Source: an uncultured Chroococcidiopsis sp.
Lineage (GTDB): Bacteria; Cyanobacteriota; Cyanobacteriia; Cyanobacteriales; Chroococcidiopsidaceae
NCBI GenBank assembly: GCA_964248365.1
Contig: CAXTYC010000028.1
Coordinates: 1 to 64,000 of the forward strand
Length of the DNA stretch: 64,000 nucleotides
Direction: 5' to 3'
In this document: piece by piece, positions 30,138 through 41,416 of the stretch
How positions within the stretch are numbered: the stretch's first letter is position 1
Layout: every line of letters begins with the position of its first letter
Program-made: the position numbers and the translations under genes
The notes under the pieces: model-generated
What the model was told of the DNA's origin: nothing
What the model saw: the letters and a program-made list of their open reading frames with translations, nothing else
The model's database searches: none

Positions 30138-30779
30138 TCATGAGTCTGTGCTAAAATCATTGGGAGAAACCTGCATCCCTTGTAGGAAGACTTCAACGGC
30201 AGTTGCTACCATTGTATCGGCGCTGATTTTTTGAGCATCTGGCTGTAAAAATACTTCACGCGTGAGCAGATAACCAACAAGAGAACCAACGAAACAACGC
30301 GCGGCGGCTCCCGGATGCATCGATTTGAGTACTCCAGTTGACATTTGCTGTTCCAAATAGCGAGTTAAGAAATCCACAGAACGGCTCGGACCAATGCTAT
30401 TAACCATTTGTGCGACGTGTGGTTGTCGGATCGCTTCTCCTAATACCAACTTAAATAGGGCGATCGATGTTGGGTTTTCTGCGATTTTGAGAAAAGCATG
30501 ACCAAAGATGGTTAGTACATCTTGTGGTGGTTTAGTCATGATTTCATCACTATGGTTTAGCAGTTGCAGTAAAGGTAGGCGTTGCTCAACTACTTGTCGA
30601 AACAAGTCTGCTTTATCCTTGAAGTAGTGGTAAATTAGACCAGGTGAGCCAATTCCGGCGGCGGCGGCAATATCCTTATTGGTCGCCTTGTCAAAGCCTT
30701 TACTAGCAAAGACTTGCAACGCACCATCGATAATTTGCTGTCGCTTGACTTCAAAGTCTTGCTCGTCGCGCTTAGGCAT
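30138..30779 (-). CDS. TetR/AcrR transcriptional regulator
   Basis: IIDGALQVF..KG...T.KDIA...GLIYHYF.DK. Confidence 0.95.
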   Translation of the reverse strand: MPKRDEQDFEVKRQQIIDGALQVFASKGFDKATNKDIAAAAGIGSPGLIYHYFKDKADLFRQVVEQRLPLLQLLNHSDEIMTKPPQDVLTIFGHAFLKIAENPTSIALFKLVLGEAIRQPHVAQMVNSIGPSRSVDFLTRYLEQQMSTGVLKSMHPGAAARCFVGSLVGYLLTREVFLQPDAQKISADTMVATAVEVFLQGMQVSPNDFSTDS

Positions 30780-31072
30780 AGTTCGTTTTGAGTTGAATAT
30801 TTTTCGACGCGATCACAGGGGAGCAGAGGATAAAATCATCAATGCGCGAATTTCAAATTCCGAATTTCGAATTATTGATGATTGATTGGTTAATCTAAAG
30901 TGTAACATAACCTTTGAGGAGGGCAACAGCTAGGGTGAAATATTGTTACGGTAGGCAATCTCAATACTTGTGGCAGAAGTTGCTTTTAGTTTGACAAGCT
31001 GTCTTTTGACAGAAAGAATCTACCCACTCAAAATCATACGAGTATAAAAAATATTAAGCGTGGGGAAAGTTC

Positions 31073-33177
31073 GTGCATCAACTGCATTGGCTGAAGCATC
31101 TAGGTCTAGCTTCGGCTGTTGTAATGCTAGCGAATCAGCCAGTTCGCGCTGATGTAGCTCAGGTTACTAGCGTTAGGCTTAATTCAGCTGAGAGTGTTTT
31201 GCAAGTCATTCTGAACACCTCAAGTAGCAATCCCCTTGAGGTCTTTACCACCACCTACAATCAGACCTTAATTGCTGACATTCCCAATACCCAGCTACGT
31301 TTACCCAACAGTGGTACATTCCGCCAGGATAACCCCACTGCTGACATCGCATCGGTTAGTGTTGTCCGCTTAAATGCCAATAGCATTCGAGTGATGATCG
31401 TTGGTAAAGCAGGCGCACCAAAAGCACAGGTACAAAAGAGCGATGCCTCCGGCGGGCTTCGCCAACGCACTCTTGTTCTCAGCCTCACTCCAGTAGCAAA
31501 TAATACAGCAAATCAGCCCACGCCAGCCAGTCCTTAAATCCAGCCATCAGACGCAACCCCCGATACTGAGGAATCACAAGCAGAATCAGACGAGGCAATT
31601 GAAATTAAGGTGACAGGTGAGCGAGAAAATGGATATAGCGTCCCAGAAACCTCAACTGGGACGAAGATAGATGCCCCAAACCGTGACATTCCCAGATCCA
31701 TTCAGACAATCCCGCGTCAGGTGATTGAAGACCGTCAAATAGTACGTCCAGATGAATTAACAGACAATGTAAGCGCTGTCCAAAGGTTAGTAGGCTTAGC
31801 CTCATCTTCAGGCTTAGGTGCTGCGCTGGGTTACTATATTCGCGGTTTTTATAATTATGAAAGTGGGGCAATGGTTTTCGAGAATTTAGTCTTCTAAGTC
31901 CTCACGATCTCGCTAATGTTGAGCGGGTCGAATTTTTGAAAGGTCTTGCTGCTATTCTTTATGGCGGTGGTTTTTCCCCTGGAGGCGTAGTCAATACGAT
32001 AACAAAAAAGCCACTTGATACGCCTTTCTATCGTGCGACCATGACTGTAGGTAACTACAGCTTTTATCGCCCGACGCTTGATATCACAGGTCCACTCACA
32101 TCATTACCTATAACCTGGAACACAAATTCAGTGAGAATTGGAGATTTAGGCAGGGTTTTAACGCGCTCAATAGCGATTTAGAAATTGGCTCTCGTTTCTA
32201 CACTGGCACTTTGGAAGAGGATCGGCAGACACTCGATCGCATAACTTCAAAGGGACCACAAAACAATGAAAACTATACGTTGCAAAACGAATTTTATGGC
32301 GATTTTAATACAGGCTCTTTGCGTCACAAGCTTCTAGTAGGACTAGAGTTATCACGATTCCAATACGGCTATGAAGTTCTGGGTGCAGATTTAGCACCAA
32401 TTAATATTTTTCGCCCCAGATATGGCGCACGACCTGGAGTGTTCGCACCACTTTTAACTGGGGAATATATTTCAGATGACCTTGGGGTTTACGTGCAAGA
32501 TTTGATTGAGATTTTGCCTAATCTCAAGCTTTTGGCTGCTGGTCGGTTTGACACAACCGATTCAACTCTAAAAGATCGCATAGATGGTCCGACAGTTTTT
32601 AAGCAATCGAGCGATCGCTTCTTGCCATCAGTCGGTATTGTCTACCAACCCGTCGAATCCACGTCGCTTTATTTTAACTGGTCTAACTCTTTTTCTCTCC
32701 CGTTCCTGGGCAGAAGTCGGACAAACGAAGCATTCAAACTCAGAGGGCGAACAATTTGAAGTTGGGGTCAAGCAGGATTTGATCCAAGATCGGCTATCAG
32801 CGACTTTGACTTTTTATCAAATCACCAAACAAAACGTGCTGACACCAGATCCAGTCGCTCCGACTTTCAGCATCGTCACAGGCGAACAAAAAAGTCGTGG
32901 TGTCGAGCTGGATCTAGCCGGAGAAATTTTACCTGGCTGGAACATTATCGCCTTTTATGCATATACCGATGCTTTTGTCAACAAAGACATTGTTATTCCC
33001 GTTGGAGATCAATTAGTTGGTGCGCCGTATAATAGTGCCAGCTTGTGGACGACTTACGAGCTTCAAGAGGGGAATTTGCAGGGATTGGGGTTTGGGCTAG
33101 GACTTGTGTATGTAGGCGATCGCCAAGTTTCTCTACCCAATACATTCACCAGTCCCTCATATCTTAGAACCGATGCC
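31073..33177 (+). pseudogene. AMIN-domain TonB-dependent siderophore receptor, several stops/frameshifts, 3'-truncated by IS
   Basis: AMIN ORF 31073-31537, plug TGTKIDAP.RDIP.SI, ERVEFLKG, barrel fragments GEQFEVGVK and GEQKSRGVE ending YLRTDA at the IS end. Confidence 0.9.
31445..31465. repeat. 21-nt SDR5-type insert in a HIP1 site
   Basis: GCGAT-GCCTCCGGCGGGCTTCGCCAA-CGC, in frame (ASGGLRQ). Confidence 0.8.
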
Positions 33178-34464
33178 CTGAAGGGGTGACAGCCACCTCA
33201 AAAGGCTTGCCAGTTGGGCATGGGAGCAACTTATGGTAAAAAAAGATCGGTCTATTTTTGTCAATAAGACCGACCAGTTGAAAAATGTTGCCTCAATTTT
33301 ACATTACCTGCCTTCAAAGTCAACTTAGTTCTACTCAATTTCTTACCCTACAAATCCGGCGTTGGGATACTGCAATTTCACAAACAAGTGCGGATTGAGA
33401 GATTAGCAGCACTTTTCCCACAACCAATCCTTTTTGAGAGTCGTCGTCGCAGTCTGCAAAAATTTTTCATCTTGCCGCAACTAAGCATACCTCTACTCTG
33501 GTTCCCCATCATCAAATACCTTTTAAGAACCGAATTCAAGGAAAATAAGCCAATAATAATTGCAATTGATAGAACTCACGGGAAACAGAACAACTTATTT
33601 GTAGCTAGCTTAATTTGGGAGCAACGAGCGATTCCGATTTACTGGCAATTTTTGCCCAAGATTGGCAGTAGTAACATAGGCGAACAAAAAGCTTTACTCC
33701 GTCCAGTTATTCGCCTGTTCAGAGGTAATAAAATTATTGTAGTAGGAGAGCGTGAGTTTCGTAGTGTTGAACTGGCTAGTTGGCTTGGGCAGCAGAATGT
33801 GTACTTCGCCTTTAGGCAAAAAAAAGATACTTACATTCAACAAAGTGGTGAAGACTACCAAACATTGGAATCTTTAGGTTTAGCACCAGGAATGAAGATG
33901 TACCTGACTGGGATAAAAATTACCAAAAAACAAGGATTTGGTACTTTTAATCTTGCCGCCTACTGGAAGCGGAAATATCGGGGCAACGTGCCACAAGAGG
34001 GGTGGTACATCTTGACTAACCTGACAGATTTATCAACTGCACTTCAAGTCTTTAAAGCCCGCAGTGGCATAGAAGCAATGTTCAAAGACTGCAAAACTGG
34101 TGGCTAAACCAACGAAGGTTCCAAAGCTTCGATTGAGCGCCTAACTCGCGAGCGTTTTACTGATAGCAATTGCTTACACTTGTGCTGGGCTTAGCGGCAG
34201 AAAAATTAAACACTCAGGACAGCAAAAATATATTAGTCGTCTACAGGAACTAGGGCGGTTGCACAAAAGACACAGTAGTTTTTGGGTAGGCTTATACGGA
34301 CAACTGTGGATAGCTAGCATGGAGTTTTGGTCAGATAAAGCAACACAATTAATCCAACTTAAGCGCCAAAAGCTATCTAGCCAAAAGCTATCTAATTTTC
34401 AACGAGGTCTTCAAGCTATGACCTTTATCCAGTCTACTTTATAAGCTTCCTGCCACCCCGTCAG
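33178..34464 (+). mobile_element. IS4-family insertion sequence with degenerate transposase
   Basis: IRs CTGAAGGGGTGACAG (33178-33192) / CTGCCACCCCGTCAG (34450-34464); IAIDRT, GEREF, RSGIEAMFKDCKTGG; frameshifts and stops from ATG 33286. Confidence 0.88.
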
Positions 34465-34470
34465 CAGGAA

Positions 34471-35702
34471 CTAGTCTGTTTGAGAACGACGTAAAGCTTG
34501 CTGTAACCTACTTTGACTATCGGACGGGGCAGGTTGTGAGTTGTTGGTAGACTGAGTTTGTTGTTGTTGCTGTCTGGGTGCAGCTGCTTGGGAAGGACGC
34601 TGTTGTGAGGATGCATCCTCTTGCTGGCGTTTTCTACGTGCTTCTGTGCGTTTGCGACGTTCTTCTGCTCTGCGCGCTCTTTGAGATCCTTCGAGGGCAA
34701 AATCAACTTTGGCTACAACTTTTTGTGTTCCACCTTTTGGATTTTTTAGCTTCCAGCGCCTTGCTGTTCTGACTGCTTCTTCATCAAGATCGGAATCACC
34801 GCTTGATTGTGCTACCTTAACATCGGTAACATTACCTCTTTCATCAACTTCTAATTTGACTTTGATGCTACCTTCTATACCTCTACGTCGAGCTTTTTCT
34901 GGATACTTAGGTTTAGCACATTCGCGGCAAGCTAAACGACCGCTACCCGTACCTTCTGCATTGCCTGCACCGCTACCTCGCCCTTGAGGAGTTCCCCTCG
35001 TGGCACTTCCCGAACCAGTGCTATTATTGCCTGTACTCCTATCCGTACCAAAGGTGTTGCCCGTGCTGACTCTTGAACCAGTAGCAACGCTCGTTGATCC
35101 TTGTATATTACCAACAGGTGGGGCTGAAGGTGCTGTATTGGTAGATGTATTCGCTTGACTTGCTCTAGCTGCTCTTGCTTCTGCTAGGGTATCTTTTAAC
35201 TGTTGATTAGATACTGCGGTGGGTGCTGTTTGGACTGGCTTTGGTGTGGCAGCTATTTCTGGTGCTGGTTCCGGCTTCACGCTAGAGACAGGTTTTTGTA
35301 TAGGTTGCGGTGTTGCTTGAGGTTGTTTTTCCGCTACAATCGCTGGTGATGGAGCCACGCGCTAAAGGCGAGGGTATTTTAGTGGCAACTTTTGGCGCTG
35401 GGGACTGACTGCGAATTCTGCTATAACCTGGTGATTTAGTTACTGGTGCTTTTGATGGCTGCATTGGCTGTCGTTGAGGTTCCGGTTGTGGTTTAACTTG
35501 TTCCACTTTGGGAGGATCGACGATCGCAACTTCCATTGGCTTGTCTTCTAGATCCGGTGTTTTAGACAAAAAATTGCCTATACCCGAAGCTAGTAAACTA
35601 ATATGCAATGTTATTGAGCCAATTAGACTAAAAGCAAGAAAAGATTTGAGGGATGATCGCTTCTTTTTCTCGCTGCTGCACCGCGATGCTAGACAGGAAC
35701 AT
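34471..35702 (-). pseudogene. tonB: TonB energy transducer with two frameshifts
   Basis: MFLSSIAVQQREKEA (ATG 35702), then SLKSFLAFSLIGS..LH in another frame, then Pro-rich linker and KPKYPEKARRRGIEG TonB_C in a third segment; shifts near 35655 and 35358. Confidence 0.8.
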
Positions 35703-35919
35703 ACTCTACTGCCACTTATTTTCACTAATCTCCTGAGACTAAAATGTGGTAACAGCAAAAGTCAAGCTAAATTATTGAAAGTATTTCTTTTCTTAACGAA
35801 CTCAAAAAAACTACCTAATGCTTGTCTAGTCACACTTTCAGAGCAAAAATTTTTTCTATACATCTTGAAGTGAGTTGTGATAAACTGCTTGAGATTGATT
35901 TCCATTGGTAATACTTCTC

Positions 35920-35938
35920 TATTGAGAAGTAATATCAC
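35920..35938. promoter_or_regulatory. Putative Fur box between divergent tonB and exbB
   Basis: ATTGAGAAGTAATATCAC resembles the GATAATGATAATCATTATC consensus; iron-uptake context. Confidence 0.45.
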
Positions 35939-36000
35939 TTGAATAGCCGAGTTAGCTAGGAAACTGGCTGTGCCTAATTTGATTATTCTTGAACAAGTAC

Positions 36001-36654
36001 ATGAGAATTAATAATGTGTTTACAGCAGGCGGCGTAGTTATGTTTCCCCTGCTGGGGTTTTCAATATTGGCGATCGCGCTAATTGTCGAGCGTGTAACAT
36101 TTTGGGTGCGGATTACTAAACGACAGCGCCGAGTTGTGCGAGAAGTGTTAAATCTCTATCGGCATGATAACGTCGTATCAGCTATAGATTTGCTCAAACA
36201 CAATGCAGATTTGCCAATGGCAAGAATTTTTTTAGCAGCTTTAGAACTTGAGCAACCTAACCCAGAAGAATTTCGCCTCGCCTTAGAAAGTGAAGCACAA
36301 GCCGAAATTCCATTACTTAAAAGATTTAACAACATTTTTGAGACAATTATTAGCCTTGCACCCCTGTTGGGTTTACTTGGTACTGTTTTGGGATTGATTG
36401 CATCCTTTGCCTCTCTCGATATCGGGGATGTGGGAGGTAGCAAAACAGCTAGTGTTACATCTGGAATTAGTGAAGCTCTAGTTTCAACAGCATCAGGCTT
36501 GGTGGTTGCTATCTTTACGCTTTTATTTGCAAATACATTTCGGGGATTATACATCCGCCAAATTGCACAGATTCAAGAATACGGTGGTCAGCTAGAATTA
36601 CTCTACCGCCGTCGCTATGAACGAGGGGAAAAAACTTATGCGTCTACCAGATGA
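36001..36654 (+). CDS. exbB: ExbB (MotA/TolQ/ExbB family)
   Basis: GG.VM.PL, APLLGLLGTV.G, GISEALVSTA.GL. Confidence 0.95.
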   Translation: MRINNVFTAGGVVMFPLLGFSILAIALIVERVTFWVRITKRQRRVVREVLNLYRHDNVVSAIDLLKHNADLPMARIFLAALELEQPNPEEFRLALESEAQAEIPLLKRFNNIFETIISLAPLLGLLGTVLGLIASFASLDIGDVGGSKTASVTSGISEALVSTASGLVVAIFTLLFANTFRGLYIRQIAQIQEYGGQLELLYRRRYERGEKTYASTR

Positions 36655-37042
36655 ACCGGATATTCCAGCGCAGATCAACATCGTGCCGATGATCGATGTC
36701 ATCTTCGCAATTTTGACCTTTTTTATCATGTCAACGCTGTTTCTGACTCGTTCTGAGGGGCTGTCAGTCAATTTACCCCAAGCTTCCTCAGCAAAAGCTC
36801 AGCCGGCAGCTCCAATTACAATTACGATAGATGCCCAAGGAAAACTAGCATTAAATCGAAAGTCAATTCAACTCCAAGCGCTAGATGGTGAAGTACGGCA
36901 GATGATTAAGCCAAATCAGGAAGCGTTGGTAGTTTTGAATGCAGATAAGTCTGTAACTCATGGTCAAGTGGTGAGTGTAATGGATATATTACGACAAGTA
37001 CCAGGAGCAAAGTTGGCGATCGCCACGCAGAGGATTCGTTAA
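36638..37042 (+). CDS. exbD: ExbD/TolR
   Basis: INIVPMIDVIF.IL.FF, LNADKSV.HG.VV.VMD. Confidence 0.95.
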   Translation: MRLPDEPDIPAQINIVPMIDVIFAILTFFIMSTLFLTRSEGLSVNLPQASSAKAQPAAPITITIDAQGKLALNRKSIQLQALDGEVRQMIKPNQEALVVLNADKSVTHGQVVSVMDILRQVPGAKLAIATQRIR

Positions 37043-37071
37043 GAAAGATAGATTTTTCGTTAGGGCAGGCA

Positions 37072-37252
37072 GGGGGAGAGTGGGAGAGGGGGAGAGTGGG
37101 AGAGGGGGAGAGGAGAAAATCATCAATTTCCCTTTACCCTTTACCCTTTACCCTTTTTTCTAGCCTCCAGCCTCTAGCCTCTAGCCTCTAGCCTCTAGCC
37201 TCCAGCCTCTAGCCTCTAGCCTCTTGCCCCTAGCCCCTAGCCTCCAGCCCCT
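37072..37252. repeat. STRR tandem repeats
   Basis: (GGGAGAG)n, (CCTTTAC)n, (CTAGCCT)n. Confidence 0.85.
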
Positions 37253-37254
37253 GC

Positions 37255-38103
37255 TTAAGAATGAAATGGTACAGTTGCTAAAGGTAGGAATGCCAAGAGC
37301 AACCATAGTAATGACCACTTTAGTTGAGGCTGGGTGGTTGGTTCAGGGGAAGTTAGTAGGGCTTCGATGCGTTCTGTAAAGCGATCGCTTTGAGCAATGG
37401 CACTGAACGCAGCACAGAAGCTTGTCATCGGCATGATTGAAGAACGCACTACTAACACTAGAGACTCTGCCAACACTAGCGGATCTACTTGTTGTGCTGC
37501 CCAAGCGTCAGCTCGTATTTCCCGTAAAAGTAAGAGTTCTTGCCATAAGGCTTCTGTATTCGGCAACCAAGCGGTACAATTGCGTATCCAGCCAAGCCAG
37601 AAAAACCAGAAGGTATCTCGGTAATAGTAATGTGCTTGTTCATGGGCAATGACGGCTGATAATTGCTCTGGTCGGAGTGTGTGCAACAAACCGAGGCTGA
37701 CAACTAATTCTGGCTGCCAAAAACCAACTAATGCACTAAATAGGGCGTTCGTTTCCAGCACTCGACTGTTTCTATCACCCAGATTTTGCACAGGGTATGT
37801 ACGGGTTTTTTGTACAGAACGCCATCCCTCCCAGGCAAGTTTCAATCCTAAAAAGCCAACTATTGCAAACAAAAACCAAGTTAGCCAGTAGCTAAATCGT
37901 CCGACTTGCAACCCGATCATGGTTCCCTGGGTTCCCATGCAAAGCACTGCCAAGCCTGTGATGAATAGTAGCAGTGGCGGGAACAGAAAGAAAAATAGCG
38001 ATCGCCCCCAACGCCGATTCCAATTATCTTTAGTATCCGCACACCAGCTTTGTCGTACAGCGATTGCCATTGTCAATGCAGCCAAAATCATGAATAAATG
38101 CAT
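37255..38103 (-). CDS. M56-family (BlaR1-like) membrane metallopeptidase
   Basis: G.WQPELVVS, HEQAH..RD, E.RAD; paired with blaI. Confidence 0.9.
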   Translation of the reverse strand: MHLFMILAALTMAIAVRQSWCADTKDNWNRRWGRSLFFFLFPPLLLFITGLAVLCMGTQGTMIGLQVGRFSYWLTWFLFAIVGFLGLKLAWEGWRSVQKTRTYPVQNLGDRNSRVLETNALFSALVGFWQPELVVSLGLLHTLRPEQLSAVIAHEQAHYYYRDTFWFFWLGWIRNCTAWLPNTEALWQELLLLREIRADAWAAQQVDPLVLAESLVLVVRSSIMPMTSFCAAFSAIAQSDRFTERIEALLTSPEPTTQPQLKWSLLWLLLAFLPLATVPFHS

Positions 38104-38522
38104 TACTGTTCCTCCCTAGCGCGACGTGCGGCTTGAATTCGTTCGGCGATCGCTTCTAATTGTTCGCAGCTGGCATAATCAAGACTATCTGCAAATGCAG
38201 CTACCACATCTGGGTTGCCTACTGCTAAAAATTTGTGTAAATTTTCATGTGCAACGATCATCTGCGCCTGTTCTTTCGACACCAGTGGATGCCAATAAAA
38301 GGCACGTTCTTGTTTATCACACCTTAGCCAGCCTTTTTCAGTCAACCGACGTAGTACGGTAGTGACCGAGGTATAAGCTAATTCTCGATTGGGATCGGTG
38401 AGAATGCGATCGTGTACGTCCTTGACAGTGACAGAACCGAGTTCCCAGACTATATGCAAAATCTCTGTTTCTAGTGGACCTAAAGACAGTTGTTTAGGAC
38501 GGTAATCAGGCAGAGGAGCCAT
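38103..38522 (-). CDS. BlaI/MecI/CopY transcriptional regulator
   Basis: LGPLE.EIL..VW, LAYTSVTTVL.RL.EKG. Confidence 0.95.
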   Translation of the reverse strand: MAPLPDYRPKQLSLGPLETEILHIVWELGSVTVKDVHDRILTDPNRELAYTSVTTVLRRLTEKGWLRCDKQERAFYWHPLVSKEQAQMIVAHENLHKFLAVGNPDVVAAFADSLDYASCEQLEAIAERIQAARRAREEQ

Positions 38523-38567
38523 AATACTTAAATTAATTTATTTCAATCAACAACTAAGCTGATATTA

Positions 38568-40670
38568 TCAAGTTTCTATTAGCTTTTGTACTTGATTAAT
38601 CAACTCTGTCATCGGAAAAAGATATTTTCCGATTTCTGGATGGTCTTTTAAATTTTTCAAAACACGAGAGTTATCTGGAATAAAAAAGATGTGTTTGTAA
38701 GATACAAGTTCAGTTTTTTTTTCACTTAAATCAGAATCTTCACTTATTACCCACAAAATATTGCTAATTTTATGTTGATTGTAAAATTCATCTTCTGTCG
38801 TATAAGTCTGCTTCCATCTTTCACGCAAAGTTCTTTTTAAAGTTACTCCTATATACCATCCACTTTTCGTTTCAACCCAGTTATCTATTTCTAGCCCTGC
38901 CGTAAGCATAGGTTTTCCACCTGTTTTAATCCCAAAATAATTAAAAATGAATTCAATACTATTTTCTAAAGCTCTGCCTGCTCTAGTTTTTCTTTTTTGT
39001 GCAACTCTTTTTTCATACTCTTGGCATAATGCTGTTAATACAACATCCAAATCACTTTCACATATATTTTCATCAAAAATATTTAATCTTGCTCCCAAGT
39101 TTTCTTTTACACTTCTATATATTTCAACGATTAAATCTCGTTCTTTATTAATAGCCAGCATTCCTGTAAAATCATCCCACTCTCTAATCAATGTCACTAA
39201 ACCTTGCTCTTTTTTTGTATCAAGTATAGCTTTCGCATACTTTTTAACAAAGTCATTGGTTTCAGTTACTGGCACTTTTTCTAGTGCTGCATTAGTAGGG
39301 ATCATTAATTCTTTTATTGCTATTGCAAAAATCAAATAATCTTTAGGAGTTATTAAAATTTTTTCTAAATCTATTAACAATTTTTCATATTCAAGTCTAA
39401 TCCTACTATCTTCTACTAATTGCTCGAACAACGATTGCTCAAAAACAGAACGTAAAATTTTTAGTTGATTTTCTACTGTTTCTTCTCTTAAAGATGTAAG
39501 CTTATAGGTGGTTGTTAAAGTATTGTAGATTGTTTCAATGCGTTTAGTATCTTTTCCTAATTGTTTAGCGCCGCTTCTAATTATGTAGCGCAAATACCAG
39601 TAACATTTCTCCCAAACTGTTAAGTTAGTTACTGTTTTAAATCCTGCCTGTTGTAGTTCTTCTGGTCGATATGTCATGGTATCAAGTTTTTCCAAAATGT
39701 TTGCTGCTATTTTAACTACCACAGGTACAGCAACACCATTACCAAACTGCCTGTAAGCAGCAGCAGCACTTTCAGGCAGTATAAATTCTTCAGGGAAACC
39801 TTGTAATCTTGCACACTCACGGGGTGTCAACATTCTAGGGTTTTTACCTTCTTGTACAATTAAACATTCTTTTCCATCTTTGTAGTATCTTGAAACTAAA
39901 GTATTAGATGGTTTGTCCAAATTTGCTAATTGTACAACAAATCCAACTCCTCTTTCTTTATTTCTTTCTGAGCGTTTTTGATGTCCTGCCCACAGCTTGT
40001 CAGATATGGTAAATTTATCTGATACAGTTTCTTCTAGTATTGACCTTAAAGGTATCGCCACGCCTTGAATATCTGGAAACTCATAATTTAAATTTTCTCT
40101 AAAACAAACCATGTAAAATCTCTCTCGTCTTTGAGGAACAAGAGAGCTAGAGTCTATAATTTTGCAATGTAACGAATAATTTAATTTATTTTCAATAAGT
40201 TCTTTAACTATATTGAATGTTTTTCCTTTGTCGTGAGAAGGAAAATTTTTCACGTTTTCTAATAGTAATACTTTCGGTCTTTTTACCTGCGCTATTCTGA
40301 TAATATCAAAAAATAGATTTCCCTGCTCCAAATCATCAAAACCATGATTTTGACCCAGATAATTCCTGGCTGATACTCCGGCTAGACTAAAAGGTTGACA
40401 AGGAAACCCAGCAGTTAATAAATCATGTGAGGGAATAAGCTGGTCTAGTTGTTCATCTGATATTTCTATTTTTGTAAATTCTTTAATATCTCCACTCGGA
40501 CATTCACCAAAGTTTGTTTTATAGGTTCTTCTCGCTGTTGCATCAATTTCTGACGAGAATACACACTTTCCGCCAAGTGCTTGTAAAGCTATCCTAAAGC
40601 CTCCTATTCCGGCAAATAAATCTATGAATGTAAACTTTGGTTTTTCTGGTGGTGGGAATGGAATATTCAT
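38568..40670 (-). CDS. Dcm-like DNA (cytosine-5) methyltransferase fused to CCGG-family PD-(D/E)XK restriction endonuclease
   Basis: DLFAGIGG, GFPCQPFS, ENV, PQRRER, LQGFP, QFGNGV; then QKRKTRAGRALE and KRTLRERWKQ. Confidence 0.85.
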   Translation of the reverse strand: MNIPFPPPEKPKFTFIDLFAGIGGFRIALQALGGKCVFSSEIDATARRTYKTNFGECPSGDIKEFTKIEISDEQLDQLIPSHDLLTAGFPCQPFSLAGVSARNYLGQNHGFDDLEQGNLFFDIIRIAQVKRPKVLLLENVKNFPSHDKGKTFNIVKELIENKLNYSLHCKIIDSSSLVPQRRERFYMVCFRENLNYEFPDIQGVAIPLRSILEETVSDKFTISDKLWAGHQKRSERNKERGVGFVVQLANLDKPSNTLVSRYYKDGKECLIVQEGKNPRMLTPRECARLQGFPEEFILPESAAAAYRQFGNGVAVPVVVKIAANILEKLDTMTYRPEELQQAGFKTVTNLTVWEKCYWYLRYIIRSGAKQLGKDTKRIETIYNTLTTTYKLTSLREETVENQLKILRSVFEQSLFEQLVEDSRIRLEYEKLLIDLEKILITPKDYLIFAIAIKELMIPTNAALEKVPVTETNDFVKKYAKAILDTKKEQGLVTLIREWDDFTGMLAINKERDLIVEIYRSVKENLGARLNIFDENICESDLDVVLTALCQEYEKRVAQKRKTRAGRALENSIEFIFNYFGIKTGGKPMLTAGLEIDNWVETKSGWYIGVTLKRTLRERWKQTYTTEDEFYNQHKISNILWVISEDSDLSEKKTELVSYKHIFFIPDNSRVLKNLKDHPEIGKYLFPMTELINQVQKLIET

Positions 40671-40997
40671 CTAATTCAACGGTGAATTGTAAGCCCTGAC
40701 AAGAAGCGTTAGAGTTGCAAATATAGCATAGGTTATTTTTGGTTAACCTTGTGATGAGTCATTTATATTTATAGTTAACTGATTCAGTTGTGTAGCTTTT
40801 GTCTTGGAAAATATTGGGGAAGGCGTAGCCTTGCCAATTTTTCCGCTGGGCGTTGCGGGTACTTTCGCTTCAGTGCAATATTTAGGGCTATGTACGAACT
40901 TTGACAGGCTGTCTTTTGACTAAAACAGCAGGCTTGCCTAAAAATTAGGTTTGGCATTTTGTGCCAAATGCGCGTTTTTAAAGAAAGGAGAGCCACT

Positions 40998-41333
40998 GTG
41001 AAAAAGATTTTATCACTCCTACTGCTGGCTGTAGCGTTTTTTACCATCGCCTTCAGCCGTCCGGCTTTAGCTGCGGATGCAGCCAACGGAGCAAAAATTT
41101 TTAGTGCCAACTGTGCCGCTTGTCACATGGGTGGGCGCAATGTTGTCATGGCTGCAAAAACTTTGCAAAAAGAAGCCCTTGAAAAATACAACATGAACTC
41201 GCTAGAGGCGATTGTCAATCAAGTACACAATGGCAAAAATGCCATGCCTGCCTTCAAGGGTAAATTAAATGATCAGCAAATTGAAGATGTAGCAACCTAC
41301 GTACTGGAACAATCAGAAAAAGGTTGGAGTTAA
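40998..41333 (+). CDS. petJ: Cytochrome c6
   Basis: Signal peptide ending [16 protein letters not shown]. Confidence 0.95.
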   Translation: MKKILSLLLLAVAFFTIAFSRPALAADAANGAKIFSANCAACHMGGRNVVMAAKTLQKEALEKYNMNSLEAIVNQVHNGKNAMPAFKGKLNDQQIEDVATYVLEQSEKGWS

Positions 41334-41416
41334 GAAAATTCGAAATTCGGAATTCGAAATTCGAAATTGATGATTCTTTCCCTAGCAAGAGCGCCCCTAA
41401 CCCCTAGCCCCTATTT

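Noticed and set aside
38947..39339. Antisense ORFs such as 38947-39339, 36156-36554, 40784-41110 and 62972-63430
   Set aside because: Shadow frames of well-supported genes on the other strand
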